64,000 bases of DNA. Origin: Macrostomum lignano (lineage: Eukaryota). The notes under the pieces are model-generated. The model had not been told where the DNA came from. It searched no databases and saw only the letters and a program-made list of their open reading frames with translations. Below are positions 13,060 to 26,216 of this stretch, in pieces. The DNA is taken from the NCBI GenBank assembly GCA_002269645.1, contig NIVC01000094.1:620001-684000 (forward strand), written 5' to 3'. A program made the position numbers and the translations under genes. Positions within the stretch are counted from its first letter, which is position 1, and each line of letters begins with the position of its first letter.

Positions 13060-16000
13060 GCCTATACCTAGCAACGAGTATGGTCATATGTAATGGTGGT
13101 GGAACCCTACAAAAACATGTCATTGGGAAAAACATTTCAGCTCTGAAGCAATGCCTTATAAAAGGTAACATTTGCATTCTGTTCAAAGTTACATAATACC
13201 ATGTGCAATTATTGATGTGCTTATTTGTTTACTTTTAGGCCTGCACCCGAATGCAGAAAATGAGAATGGAGAAACGGCACTGTTTGTTGCATCCTACTAT
13301 GGACATGAGGACATTGTTGACCTATTGCTATGTAGTGGAGCTAAGCCTAACCTGTAAGCTATAGTCAACTCTGAAGCTATTATGTTTTTTAATCTGCTTG
13401 TGAAGTGAAATACAATGTCAGATGAAGTATGTTGGGATAGAAAAAGTTGAAAAAATGATAGCGAAAGGATATTCATCATCATCAGGTCCCTAAGCCATTA
13501 TGGCCGTTGGTGCGCCCATTTCTCGACAGCGACTCCACCTCCTTCGATCCAAGACCGTCTTGCTCAGCTGCATAATCCTCTCTCCACTCTACTTGATTGC
13601 CTGTCCAGTCACCTTGTGCCTCTGCCCCTTCGTCCCTCAACATCACCTTAAACCACAGCCTTCAGCACCCCATCACTTGCAACATTCCCGAAGAAACGGA
13701 GTCTTCTTATCCTTCCAGGAAATGCCCAGCGTCCTTCTGTAGATCTTCATCTCGAAAGCTCTCGTAATTTTCATCTTTCTTCTCCATTATCCATCTCTTT
13801 CTGGCATAGAGAAGAGTTGCCATGACTACCAATCTCATCGGCAGCATTTTACTTTCCATTTGGGTGTTTTTTGCTCTCCAGATGTTTCCAATTTCTCTAG
13901 CGCAATTTTAGCTCTTCCTATCCGTATCCAAATCTCCATGTTTGGCTTTCCATCGTCTTTTATTCTTAATCCAAAGTAGTCATTTAGCTCCTCACCTGTT
14001 CCAAAGGTACACGATTAACCATCACATTCACCAACTGATTCTCTGTGTCCGTCCTCTTGCTAATAAAATCTTGACTCTCTAACACAGGATATCAGGGAGA
14101 ATTTAATTTTTTTTAACGTAATTTTTGTACATGCAATGCCTTCTAATTCAAATAATTCAAAAGTCCGAACAAGCAGGGCAACACGCCGTTGCACGCGGCA
14201 GCCAGCCGCGGCCACCACCGAGTGATGAGTCGCCTGATCTCCTCCGGCGCCGACCTCAGCCTGGTCAACTCCGACGGCAAACGGGTCGCCGATGTCGCTC
14301 GCGGCAGACGGGCGATCGATATTGTTGAAAGGAAATGGGCCACCTTCCAGCGGCTCATCAACTGCGGCCACCTGCGGCCCGGCCGCGAGCACTGGCCGCC
14401 CGGCGTGATGGACACCGGCTTCGGGCCCGTGGTCATCGCCGACGGCTCGCCGGCCCTGCTGCACGGCCTGCCGATCGTCAATGCAGCCACCGACGAGCTG
14501 CGGGACGACCCAGCGCTGGTCCGGTCCTACAGGTGCGGGGCCTTCACTGAGATTGTCAGGTAGGTCGGCCAACTTGACACTCTGAGCTGCTTGTAACGCG
14601 TGTATCAACGGTGTGAAAGTACAGTGTTGGCTTGCATGTTCGATTGCTTTTTGTGAGGCTCACAAGTGCGTACAACTCGCTGCACATCACCTTCTCGGTG
14701 TTCACGGTCTCTTGATTGATCGCCCTGTGCCAAGTGGCACCACGGTGAATAGTGAATGCTAACAAATATTCGTTCACCGTATCCTTCTGTTGAAAATGTT
14801 ACTGTGTCAAGAATCGCTAAAGAGTCATTGCAAACACATCTCTAGTGACTCTATCTAGTCTAATTCGGCTCTTGTGACCTTTAACAACTCAAAACGATTG
14901 TAATGCGACAGAGAGGTGACTGTTAAGTCACGAGCACATCACGTGAGTCGTAGAATATTAAGAGTCGCAAGTCGTCCGTTGTTAAACGGGGGTGGAAAGC
15001 CAGGGGCTTACCGCGGATCAGCCCGAAAGGGGGCTCTACCGCAGGGATCTGAAAGGGCCATACTGCCAGGGGCATGTAGCCCGAGAGGCCACAATCGGGA
15101 CCAGAGCTCAGGACTCTGGTGAGAACCTAGTGAATTGGTGCTACTAGCCCAAACCTACGGTACAAGACACCGCCAACCCAAACAATGGAATCAGGGATGG
15201 TGCAAGGACCGAGTCCACCCAGGCCACCACCCAGCAGACAAGTCCTTGGGAGTGCGCAGAAAAAAATGGAATTAGCGAAAAAAGCTTGGGTTACTACTAA
15301 AAGCGGTCCGAGAGCGGGGAAACCCCGAGGTCTACGGAAATGGCTTAATTATTGGAGCGAGTCTGGAAGGCTTGTTTCCGAGGGCGAGACTCCAGGCAGG
15401 AAACACAACTACCGGCTACAAACCCAAGGGTATCGCCTATCCAGCTCAATATTGGAGGCCAGGCCAAAGGGTCGGGAAGGGGCACAATGAGCAAGAGGAC
15501 CCGGACTCAGCCGGTATCCCCGAATCGGGCGAACTCATTCCCCAGGACACCAATCCACTGTCAGGATGAGAGCCAGAGACACTTAGGCAGGGAGACAACC
15601 AGAGGAGCCAGCAGATGGACCAAGGACAGCGCAGGATGGACCGGGCAGGGAGGGCAGAGCTCATAACTCCGGAGAATTGGAGCGACAATCTAAGGCCTTA
15701 CATTAATAAAACCAGTACAGTAATGGGGATAAAAACAGGACGGAGGAGCACCTGAACCCTACTAGCAGGTGGAGGGACCCTGCTTCCCGGGGCTCAGCCT
15801 CAGGGCTGGCATCAACTGGGCTCTACCGTACACCTTCGTGAATGGTCATTCTTTCCTGCAGGGCGGGTACGACCGGGGGGCTCAAGTCCCGTTCTAGCCA
15901 CACTGCAGTCCAGAGTACACACTCACCCCAGGTACATCCCCCTAAACGAAGGCCGAGGGCCAAATAATTGGAATGCACGAAAAAGAATGGTTGGGGTTAT

Positions 16001-19000
16001 TTTTAGAATGGGCACAGCCCCTCCGGGGCGGACCCTTAGAAATTGGGCTAGCCGAAGCCAGGCCAATCGGATTGCGCACAACCCTTAGACAAGCTACCAG
16101 AGAGGCAGCCAGGGTAAAAACAGTCAGAGACCGTCTTTACGGCAAAATGCAATTCTTTAGACAAAATCTGTGTAGTGCTTGTCTCGAAAGTGCTTTAAAA
16201 CGCAAAATTTAACGTCTAATTTATATTAGTAGTTTTAGTTTCTTTTGTAAAATTAGCCATCTACTACTTAATTCAAAATTCAGTCAGTAGTATCAATAGA
16301 TCATCAGTATTATTCCCCTTATAATTGTCTATTCTTCAATCGGTAAAATTTACCATCATAACAGCATGACCTGGCGCAGCTCCGCGGTGTCCGTGCGCCA
16401 GCTCAACCGTCACTACGTTACCAAGGCAACTGGTGCTTACGTGAAGTGTCTTGTGCTCAATCAGGCTGTCTGGGAGGTGACCGCGGCCAGCTCGCTACGG
16501 CATCCCGCCATCCTCACCATGATGGCAGTGAGCGTCGACACACACTCTGTTCACGCTTACCCCATTATCACGCCTGTGAGTCTTTGTTCCTTTTATTTTA
16601 TGGTAAACTTGGTAAGATTGTAGAGTTGTGAGACTGATAATTGTCACTTTCCATTGTCAGATAGTTCACATTTAGGCCTGTTGGCTTTGTTAGACTGTTC
16701 GCATCGTCAGACTGTTTACATTTTCAGGCTGCTCACATTGTCAAACTGCTCACATTGTCAGACTGTTCACATTGTCAGACTATTCACATTGTCATACTGC
16801 TCACATTGTCAGACTGTTCACATTGTCAGACTATTCACATTGTCAGGCTATTCACATTGTCATACTGCTCACATTGTCAGACTGTTCACATTGTCATACT
16901 GCTCACATTGTCAGACTGTTCACATTGTCATACTGCTCACATTTTCAGACTGTTCACATTGTCATACTGCTCACATTTTCAGACTATTCACATTGTCATA
17001 CTGCTCACATTGTCAGACTGTTCACATTGTCATACTGCTCACATTGTCAGACTATTCACATTGTCATACTGCTCACATTGTCAGACTGTTTATACAAACT
17101 GAATGCCAATGTCAGCAACTGTCAGACACTCCTATCCCAACTCCCAATCCTGGCGCCTCAGATATTCGAGCGAGTTGGCCTTGGCTCGCTGTTCCACCAC
17201 CTGCACGTGCGCCACCAGCCTCTCAACGATGCGACCCGGTACGCCTACCTGCGCCAGATTGGCGAGGCCCTCGCCTTCCTGCACTCGCGTGGCGTTGTCC
17301 ACACAGCGCTCAGCTCACACGCTGTGCACCTGGTGTCGCCCAGCCTGGCCAAGCTCGGCTGCCTGGAATACGCCGTCTGCACAGCCGACACCGGGCCGAG
17401 GTGCTCCTACGCCTCGCTGAATGATTGCTACCGGGCCGTGGCCAACTGGCTGGCTCCGGAGCTGCTCAACCGGCTGCCAGCCACGGCCGCTGCCGACGTC
17501 TACGGGCTGGGCGTTGTGGCCTGGGAGATTTGGACTGCCCAGGTAAGGATTTGCTGGTGTACTAGATTAGCTTTTGAATGCTTTTGTTTCAATCTGGCAA
17601 TCCTGAACTTCAAAATGGCTCTTAAAATGTCCTCCTTTGCAGGTGCCGCACGAGACCGCCCAATCGGCAGCCGACATTCGGCGTCGTCTCAGTCAGCGCA
17701 GCTCGGACTGGCTGAGCCGCTGGCGCGATCGCCGCCTGCCGGAGTCGCTGCAGCAGCTGGTGCTGTCGGCCGTGCTGCCGGAGCCGCACAGGAGGCCCCC
17801 GTTGGACACTGTCTGCCGATTGCTGGTCTACGGCTACTGGGGAGCGCAGCGCGACGGCGACGATCGATTTGGTGACAATCTGGCGCGTCGGGTTCGACGA
17901 AGTTCGCCAGCTGCTTGCGCTGCTGCGGCCGCTGAAGGTAAGCAATCTGGTTGCGAGTGAGGAGCCAAGTGATTTGTTATTTTGCACTGCTGCAAACCAA
18001 CAGTGCCAACAGTGGACCCGTACTGTACGTGTAGTATATAGGGAACACTGAAATCCATAACGGCCTTGTCACGACGCGAGTCATTCAAAACAGTCCTTAA
18101 TGTTATTTCTGTGTGCCTTAAACTCAATTTGAGGAGTAATTTCTGACAGTCGATGAGTTGCTTTTAAAGCTTGCTCGATACTTCTTTTAATGAAAAAGAG
18201 ACTCGTTTCTTGTGTTTATAACGAGTCAACGACGCTGAAAATCGGGTAATGACGAATGAAAAAGCAAACAGCATACTAGGCAACAAGCCGAATGCAACCT
18301 TCCCAAAGACCCTTTGAAAGCGTTACCATTTCGTTACGTTAACGTTACCGACAAGAATCGCTAGAGTTATTGAAAGCAACTCTCTAGTGACTCAAAATGA
18401 ATTGCAATGCGACTGTTGAGTCACGAGCGCGTCACGTGAGTTGCAGAATCGTAAAAGAGTCGCGAAAAAACCGTCCACTTTCTACTGACTCGAGTAGACT
18501 AAATAGAGTCGAACTGCGATTCTAACTAACTCATTGTCGCGTCGTTTAAGAGTTCACCTGAATAGCACGATGATTTGGTAGAATCAACGATGTCTCAGTT
18601 TCGATATATTATTCATAAACGATGCTAACAGAAACGATGCACAATATAAAATATTAACGCATTGGAGTGGCGGGGCGTACGGGCGCGAAATGGGGTGGTG
18701 GGCACACAAGATGTACAGTCAATAATTCAATAGTCATTTAGTTAGTCATTCAGTTACAAGTGCAACGGCAGACTCCAGCGCTGCCTCATTCATAAAGCGC
18801 GCATGTGCACTTTAGATTCTAGACTCTACGGCCCCCGAGTCATTATAGATCGAAGCGCTCCAGGGTCACTTGCGTTGCCTCAGAGTTGCAAACAATAAAA
18901 CGCCTCAAATTGATTCTTAGGCGACTAACGACTTTTTGGCGACTTTAATCATGACTCGTCGTTTAAGGGTCGTCTAGAGTCACTTCTTTCTGATTTTACC

Positions 19001-22000
19001 TGTGTTACCTGCAATAACTCTCGGACGCTTCTTAGCCTAGTTGCCGGTTTCATCGGTAAGCACCGACAGCTCAGAAGCAATTTTCTAATTTCCTTTTTTA
19101 TGTTTCCATTTCAAAGATATTTTCATTTGATCTAGAACAAAATCGATAGCTTTGATATTAGAATGTAGAGAAATCGCACATGGTTTCCAATTAAACTCCA
19201 TCCGGACACAAAACAAAAATATACGTGCTAAACTGGATAAGAGTGCATAAGCAGTCACGTGACCTCTATTTTAAAGTAGCCGCCTTTTCACCTGACTTAA
19301 AATGATCCCTCATGACCTTTGACCTTTGCCCGATCGACCCCACCGCAGCATCAACATCGGCAGGCGCTCGCAGTCACCGACAGCGCAGTAACCGCCGGTC
19401 ACAGCGGCGGCAGCAGCCTAATCGAGTCTCGCAGGACCTGACTAACGTCTCTAGCTTGGCCACCGAGATTCTGATGGCCTCTGACAATGAGGATGAACAA
19501 TCTGACGAAAGCGACGGCGAGGCGGCTGGAGCAGCGGCTGGAGCAGCAGCCGCGTCGCCTCATGGCCGGCAGCGGCATCACCTTAGCCGGCGCGACTACT
19601 TGGAACTGGCGGCCGTACCGCCTCCCGACAGGCGCAGCTGGTCGCCGGGCGGGCGGTCCCGGTCTCCTAGCAACGGCAACTGGGCCGGCCGGCGCGGCTG
19701 CCGCCGGCGTCACCACAGCTGCTCCAGCGCCTCGGCTGTCGGCGACGGCGCCGGGTTCAAGCCGGCCGGCCACCGGACCAGCTTTGATCCGCCCTGTGCC
19801 GAGAGGTGCTCCGAGTCGCCGGACCTGATCCGGGCGGCCAGCAGCGGCGGCTTCTCCAGCGTTGCAGCCGATTGCAGGCGGCGACGTCAGCCCAGGGCCG
19901 CCTCCGCGGACAGCGGCCGGCCGCCATTGCCGCCGACTGCCAGGACCATCGTAAGTTGGGGACGTCTAAGCTTTCGATGTATTTAATTTGTGAGCTGTGG
20001 TGTGCGATAATTTCTACGGCTGCTCATAATGTACATGTGGACCGGCTGCTCACACATGTAGACCGGCTGCTCACAAATGTAGACCGGCTGCTCATACATG
20101 TAGACCGGCTGCTCACACATGTAGACCGGCTGCTCACACATGTAGACCGCCTGCTCACACATGTAGACCGGCTGCTCACACATGTGGACCGGCTGCTCAC
20201 ACATGTAGACCGCCTGCTCACACATGTAGACCGGCTGCTCACACATGTGGACCGGCTGCTCACACATGTAGACCGGCTGCTCACACATGTAGACCGGCTG
20301 CTCACACATGTAGACCGCCTGCTCACACATGTAGACCGCCTGCTCACACATGTAGACCGGCTGCTCACACATGTGGACCAGCGGCACAAAAGACTGGCTG
20401 CTCCTCTTTTGCTGGCCTCATCTGGGGGAGAAAACAGATGGAGGCCAACCTAGCAGGGACGACACGCAAACTAGGGTTGGGGAAGTATTAAAACAGGACA
20501 TTATGCGTACATTATTATTCCCAACTTGAGCATTCTCTTATTTATATTCTCCCAGACTCGGCGCAGCGAACCCTTTGCCGCAGCAGGCCCAGCTTCTCCG
20601 CGTCGGCCTCGCCGCTCTGTCAACCGGCTTATTAACCAATTCGAGAACATCGCCGACTCCGGTCACGTCAGCGCCGCCTCCTCCGTGGCCGCGACTGCCG
20701 GAGTCTTGGACAGCACGCCGGTGAAGGCCAGGCCCGGGGACCCGGTGCCGACCACCTGCCGGGTGTTGCTGCCCAACTCGCAGTCGGCTCGGCGGGCGCT
20801 CAATCTTGGTGAGAGACTTGGCGGTAGATTGCTGTTGATTGACAGGTGTACTGCTGTTGATTGACAGGTGTACTGCTGTTGATTGACAGGTGTACTGCTG
20901 TTGATTGACAGGCATACTGCTGTTGATTGACAGGTATATTGTTGTTAATTAACAGGTATATTGCTGTTGATTGACAGATATATTGCTGTTAATTACATAT
21001 TAACAGCAATCAACATATTGCTGTTGATTGACAGGTATATTGCTGTTGATTGACAGGTATATTGCTGTTGATTGACAGGTGTATTGCTGTTGATTGACAG
21101 GTGTATTGCTGTTGATTGAGAGGTGATCTTGCTGGTGATTGACAGATATATTGCTGTTGATTGACAGGTATATTTTCGTTGATTAGCAGGATATTGCTGG
21201 TAATTGACAGGTATTCTGCTGTTGAAAAGAATAGGAACACGTCTTGCTGTTCATGGACATGCAGTTTATTTGAAGGCATCCGTATTATTCATAAATATTT
21301 CCCCAACTTTGCACCGCAGACGGTCGCGGCAACCGGCCAACAGCTGTTGACGCCGAGCTGGTGTCCCCCAGCGCAGACAGTCGGGGTGGCCACCAGTGGC
21401 AGCCGACTGACTCAGTTCGGGAGCAGCTCAACACCGGTTTCATAGCCAGCAGCACCAGCAGCTGCACCGGCAGCAGCAGCGAGAGTCAGCAACGGAAGCA
21501 GAGAACCGCACCGGCTATGCTTCACCCCTTGGAGAACGGCCTGTACCGCATGGTGTTTCTGCAGCCTCCGACAGAGTCCCAGCATCATCATGAGCAGCAT
21601 CCTCATCACCATCATCACAGTCAGCACCAGCAGCCGCAGCGGCACGTCGCTTTTCTTCGCCAACCCCAGCCGACGTCGTACACGAAATCACCGACTCCGC
21701 CGATTTCTCCGGTCGTCGAATCTTCGCCGATCGCATTCGGGCAGGCCAGGCGCTCCTGGCTGGCGGCGGAGACTCGCCGGGAGGCTCGCCAGGTGCAAGA
21801 ACGCGAATGGGAGGCGGCCAGGTGGCGTAACAGGCGCAGCGCGCTCGGCGACAGCGGCGTCGGCCTGTCGGAGGTCGAGCCGACAATGTCGGAAGCTTGC
21901 GAAATGCCGATATCTCAGCAGCAGCGGCAGGCTGATTCAGTGCCGGTGCCAGTTGTCAAACGCAAAGGCTTCGGCAGCAGCGGCTCGGCGAGCAATTCAA

Positions 22001-24312
22001 TCCAGCCGCAGGATCAGGGAAGCTGGGACTCGCCTGTTGAGCAGCGTCATCAGGGATTCGGTTTCGCGACATCATCAATAGGTCGAACTGAAGACGCACC
22101 AGTTCCAGTGCAAGTTAAGCTGAAAGGATTGCTCAGCAACTCTGTTCAGGTGCAGCAGGAAGAGCAGCAGTGCGGCGGAAGCTGGGACTCGCCTGTCGAG
22201 CAGCGTCATCAAGGATTTGGCTCAGCGAGATCCTCAGCAGTTGAACAGCGGGAAGCACCTGTTCCAGTGCGCATGAAACAGAAAGGATTCTTCAGCAACT
22301 CGTCGGTTCAGATGGAGCAGAATGGAGGAAGCTGGGACTCACCAGTTGAGAAGCGCCATCAGGGATTTGGATCCGCAGCCTCCTCAGCTGGTGAGCAGCA
22401 GCAGGGCTGCACCGAAGAATTGGCAGTCCCTGTGCAAGTGAAACGAAAAGGGTTCTCCAGCAACTCGGTCCAGGTGCATCAAGGAGAGCAGCAGCAGCAG
22501 GATGAAGAGGAGGGCGGTGGAAGCTGGGAATCGCCAGCCGAGAAGCACCTGTCCGCCTCGGCCGGTCTGCAGGTGAAGCGAAAAGGGTTCGGCAACAACA
22601 TGTCGTCAGCGTCAGCTGGCAACATCGGTCAGCAGCGGGATGACGTCTGGGCGCCGGTGCCCGTGTCGCAGTCGACTGACGAAACTGCGACAACAGTCTC
22701 CAAGCGTCGGGGATTTGGAAATTCGGGACAGCAGCGGCAGCAGCAGCCGCGTCGGAAAGGCTTCAGCTTCGGCAGCAGCCAGCCGCAGACGGTTCAACAG
22801 GAACAGGATGAGAACTGCGGCGAGCATCAGATTGATCAGCAATCCGCTGACGGTCACTCCAGCGGAGGTTGGAAGCTCCAGAGAGGCTTTGGCTTTAACA
22901 ACCGATTGCCTGACGATGTAGAGATACCTGTGCAGCAGAGCCAGCAAGCAGATGAAGACAACTGGGAGACACCCGAGCCGCAGAAGCAACCAACCGCCGA
23001 ATGCTGGGAGTCGGCAGTTCCCGTCACAGTGCACAGTACTGCTGACGCTCAGGTGACAGCACCAGTGAGCCAGACTGCTCAGGTGGGATTTGGCAACTCC
23101 GCTAGCAACCAGACTCAGGTGGGATTCGGCAACTCCGCTACCAACCAGACTCAGGTGGGATTCGGCAACTCCGCTACCAACCAGGCTCAGGTGGGATTCG
23201 GCAACTCCGCTAGCAACCAGGCTCAGGTGGGATTTGGCAACTCCGCTAGCAACCAGGCTCAGGTGGGATTCGGCAACTCCGCTACCAACCAGGCTCAGGT
23301 GGGATTCGGCAACTCCGCTAGCAACCAGGCTCAGGTGGGATTCGGCAACTCCGCTACCGCCCAGGCCCAGGTGGGATTCGGCAACTCAAACACTCAGGCT
23401 CAGGTGGGATTCGGCAACTCCGCTAACACCCAGGCTCAGGTGGGATTCGGCAACTCCGCTAGCAACCAGGCTCAGGTGGGATTCGGCAACTCCGCTAACA
23501 CCCAGGCTCAGGTGGGATTCGGCAACTCCGCTAGCAACCAGGCTCAGGTGGGATTCGGCAACTCAAACACCCAGGCTCAGGTGGAATTCGGCAACTCAAG
23601 CACCCAGGCTCAGGTGGGATTCGGCAACTCCGCTACCACCCAGGCTCAGGTGGGATTCGGCAACTCCGCTACCAACCAGCCTCAGGTGGGATTCGGCAAC
23701 TCCGCTACCACCCAGGCTCAGGTGGGATTCGGCAACTCCGCTGCCAACCAGGCTCAGGTGGGATTCGGCAACTCCGCTACCAACCAGGCTCAGGTGGGAT
23801 TCGGCAACTCCGCTAACACCCAGGCTCAGGTGGAATTCGGCAACTCCGCTAACACCCAGGCTCAGGTGGGATTCAGCAACTCAAAAACCCAGGCTCAGGT
23901 GGGATTCGGCAACTCAAACACCCAGGCTCAGGTGGGATTCGGCAACTTAAACATCCAGGCTCAGGTGGGATTCGGCAACTCAAACACCCAGGCTCAGGTG
24001 GGATTCGGCAACTCAAACACCCAGGCTCAGGTGGGATTCGGCAGCGCTGCCGTAACCGACTGCGAGGATCCCATAGAAACGGATTCGATTAACGAAGTCT
24101 CACAGCAGCCGCAGCAGCAGCAGTTTAGCGATTGGTCCGAGCTCGAGGCCTCGCATTTCTGGCCAGACGACTCCGATGGCGACATCGCCGAATCGCAGAG
24201 TGCCGAGCGTCGCGGCTGGCTAGCCGCCTTCACTGACCGGGTGAGCGGCCTGCTCAGGAGAAGCGTCGGCTACTCAGACAGCGCCACCTCTGCCGACTGG
24301 GTGCGAAATTGA
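13060..24312 (+). CDS. TEX14-like: TEX14-like ankyrin-repeat pseudokinase; exons 13060-13164 (ATG 13080), 13239-13353, 14164-14559, 16365-16575, 17162-17542, 17643-17937, 19349-19950, 20556-20808, 21320-24312
   Basis: All introns are GT-AG with compatible phases. Ankyrin repeats (GETALFVASYYG, GNTPLHAAASRG). The kinase fold has degenerate catalytic motifs (VSVRQ, HTALSSHAVHLVSP, GCLEY, NWLAPE) that resemble, from memory, vertebrate TEX14 (HRSLSSYAVHIISP, TNLEY, NWAAPE). An extra upstream exon is possible. Confidence 0.8.
13473..14060 (-). mobile_element. 5'-truncated, decayed RTE-clade LINE fragment in TEX14-like intron 2
   Basis: Minus-strand translation gives RT C-terminal remnants (RIGRAKIAL, MATLLY, RAFEMKIYRRTLGISWKD) with frameshifts. 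The 3' tail is a short (GAT)n microsatellite (TCA x4 at 13473-13484), as expected for RTE elements. Confidence 0.75.
14790..14970 (+). repeat. Dispersed repeat family, copy A (truncated)
   Basis: AAGAATCGCTA-AGAGTCATTGCAAAC...CACGTGAGT...AAGAGTCGC is shared with copies at ~18313-19067 and ~26748-27143. Confidence 0.7.
16690..17095. repeat. Intronic 17-bp minisatellite (CACATTGTCAGACTGTT / CACATTGTCATACTGCT)
   Basis: Tandem alternating variants upstream of exon 17162. Confidence 0.9.
18313..19067 (+). repeat. Dispersed repeat family, copy B (with internal insertion)
   Basis: Matches copy C over both halves (e.g. TTTACCTGTGTTACCTGCA...GACGCTTCTT.GCCTAG). Confidence 0.7.
20030..20378. repeat. 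Intronic 21-bp minisatellite (ACATGTAGACCGGCTGCTCAC)
   Basis: Tandem array. Confidence 0.95.
20835..21215. repeat. Intronic 21-bp minisatellite (CTGTTGATTGACAGGTRTAYTG-type)
   Basis: Tandem array starting just after the 20808 donor. Confidence 0.9.
23078..24045 (+). repeat. Coding minisatellite (33/36-bp units) encoding QAQVGFGNS(A)xN repeats in the TEX14-like last exon
   Basis: In-frame tandem repeat inside ORF 21361-24312. Both unit lengths are multiples of 3. Confidence 0.9.
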
Positions 24313-25025
24313 ATTCCCAATGTTGGCTGAGTAGTCTGTTAGGATTGTTCTATCCAATTTGAGCAAAATACAGAGGGCTGAAGCATCGAGGCGCGAGCAT
24401 AGCTACGAATATATTAGTGTTGTAGTTAATGTAGCATAGCATTAGGAGTCAGGAGTCAGCGAATTGCCTCAGCGCTGGCTTAGGAACGATGTCGCCGAAA
24501 GCCTTGCGCCAGGGTGCCCACAGCATAGCATTAAGTGAGGATTTACCATAGACAGTCTCTCGGCGGGCGTGAAACGCGTTTCGCGACCGCCCCGCTGGCT
24601 TATTGCCCTGAATCAACGGGCTTTTGACCATAGACATCGTTAGCGGGCGCAGCATTAAAACGCATATGAAAGCTTTGCCATTCAACACATCAATTCATAT
24701 CATTCAATACATGGCACATACATACAGTATACTATATTGACATATTACTAATTAATTTTCATTTATAAACATTAATTTCAGAGTGCCTCACCTGCTAGCA
24801 GATCGAGTGGGCGGATTAACATTGGAATTGGGCATCGGCACCAGTTTGACTAGCTTTTGGCTTATCGCATTGCTTACGCGAGCGCATGAACCGTTTTAAT
24901 TTGTTTGTTTTTTTAGCTGCTCTGCTCATTTCGTGTTTTCAGTTTTAGAATTCATTGTCTGTTTGTTCTGTTCTCTAGCGTTTGTGCTGTGCGAAATTCT
25001 GAGCTCAATTTAGTTTTGGTTTTAG

Positions 25026-26216
25026 GTGATGACAGTTCAGGAGATGTGTCAGGAGATGTGTCAGGAGATGTGTCAGGAGATGACAGTTCAAGAGATGTGT
25101 CAGGAGATGACAGTTCAGAAGATGTGTCAGAAGATGACAGTTCAGCAGATGACAGTTCAGGAGACGTGTCAGGAGATGACAGTTCAGGAGATGTGTCAGG
25201 AGATGACAGTTCAGGAGATGTGTCAGGAGATGACAGTTCAGGAGATGTGTCAGGAGATGTGTCAGGAGATGACAGTTCAGGAGATGACAGTTCAGGAGAT
25301 GTGTCAGGAGATGACAGTTCAGGAGATGTGTCAGGAGACGTGTCAGGAGATGACAGTTCAGGAGATGTGTCAGGAGACGTGTCAGGAGATGACAGTTCAA
25401 GAGATGTGTCAGAAGATGTGTCAGGAGATGACAGTTCAGGAAATGTGTCAGGAGATGACAGTTCAGGAGATGTGTCAGGAGATGTGTCAGGAGATGACAG
25501 TTCAAGAGATGTGTCAGGAGATGACAGTTCAGGAGATGTGTCAGGAGATGACAGTTCAGGAGATGTGTCAGGAGATGTGTCAGGAGATGACAGTTCAGGA
25601 GATGACAGTTCAGGAGATGTGTCAGGAGATGACAGTTCAGGAGATGTGTCAGGAGACGTGTCAGGAGATGACAGTTCAGGAGATGTGTCAGGAGACGTGT
25701 CAGGAGATGACAGTTCAGGAGATGTGTCAGGAGATGTGTCAGGAGATGACAGTTCAAGAGATGTGTCAGGAGATGACAGTTCAGGAGATGTGTCAGGAGA
25801 TGACAGTTCAGGAGATGTGTCAGGAGATGACAGTTCAGGAGATGACAGTTCAGGAGATGTGTCAGGAGATGACAGTTCAGGAGATGTGTCAGGAGATGAC
25901 AGTTCAGGAGATGTGTCAGAAGATGACAGTTCAGGAGATAACAGTTCAGGAGATGACAGTTCAGGAGATGTGTCAGGAGATGACAGTTCAGGAGAATTGT
26001 CAGGAGATGACAGTTCAGGAGATGTGTCAGGAGATGACAGTTCAAGAGATGTGTCAGGTGATGACAGTTCAGGAGATGTGTCAGGAGATGACAGTTCAGG
26101 AGAATTGTCAGGAGATGACAGTTCAGGAGATGTGTCAGGAGATGACAGTTCAGGAGATGTGTCAGGAGATAACAGTTCAGGAGATGTGTCAGGAGATGAC
26201 AGTTCAGGAGATGTGT
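25026..26216. repeat. Intergenic minisatellite of mixed 12/15-bp units (CAGGAGATGTGT / CAGGAGATGACAGTT)
   Basis: Tandem array. Confidence 0.95.
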
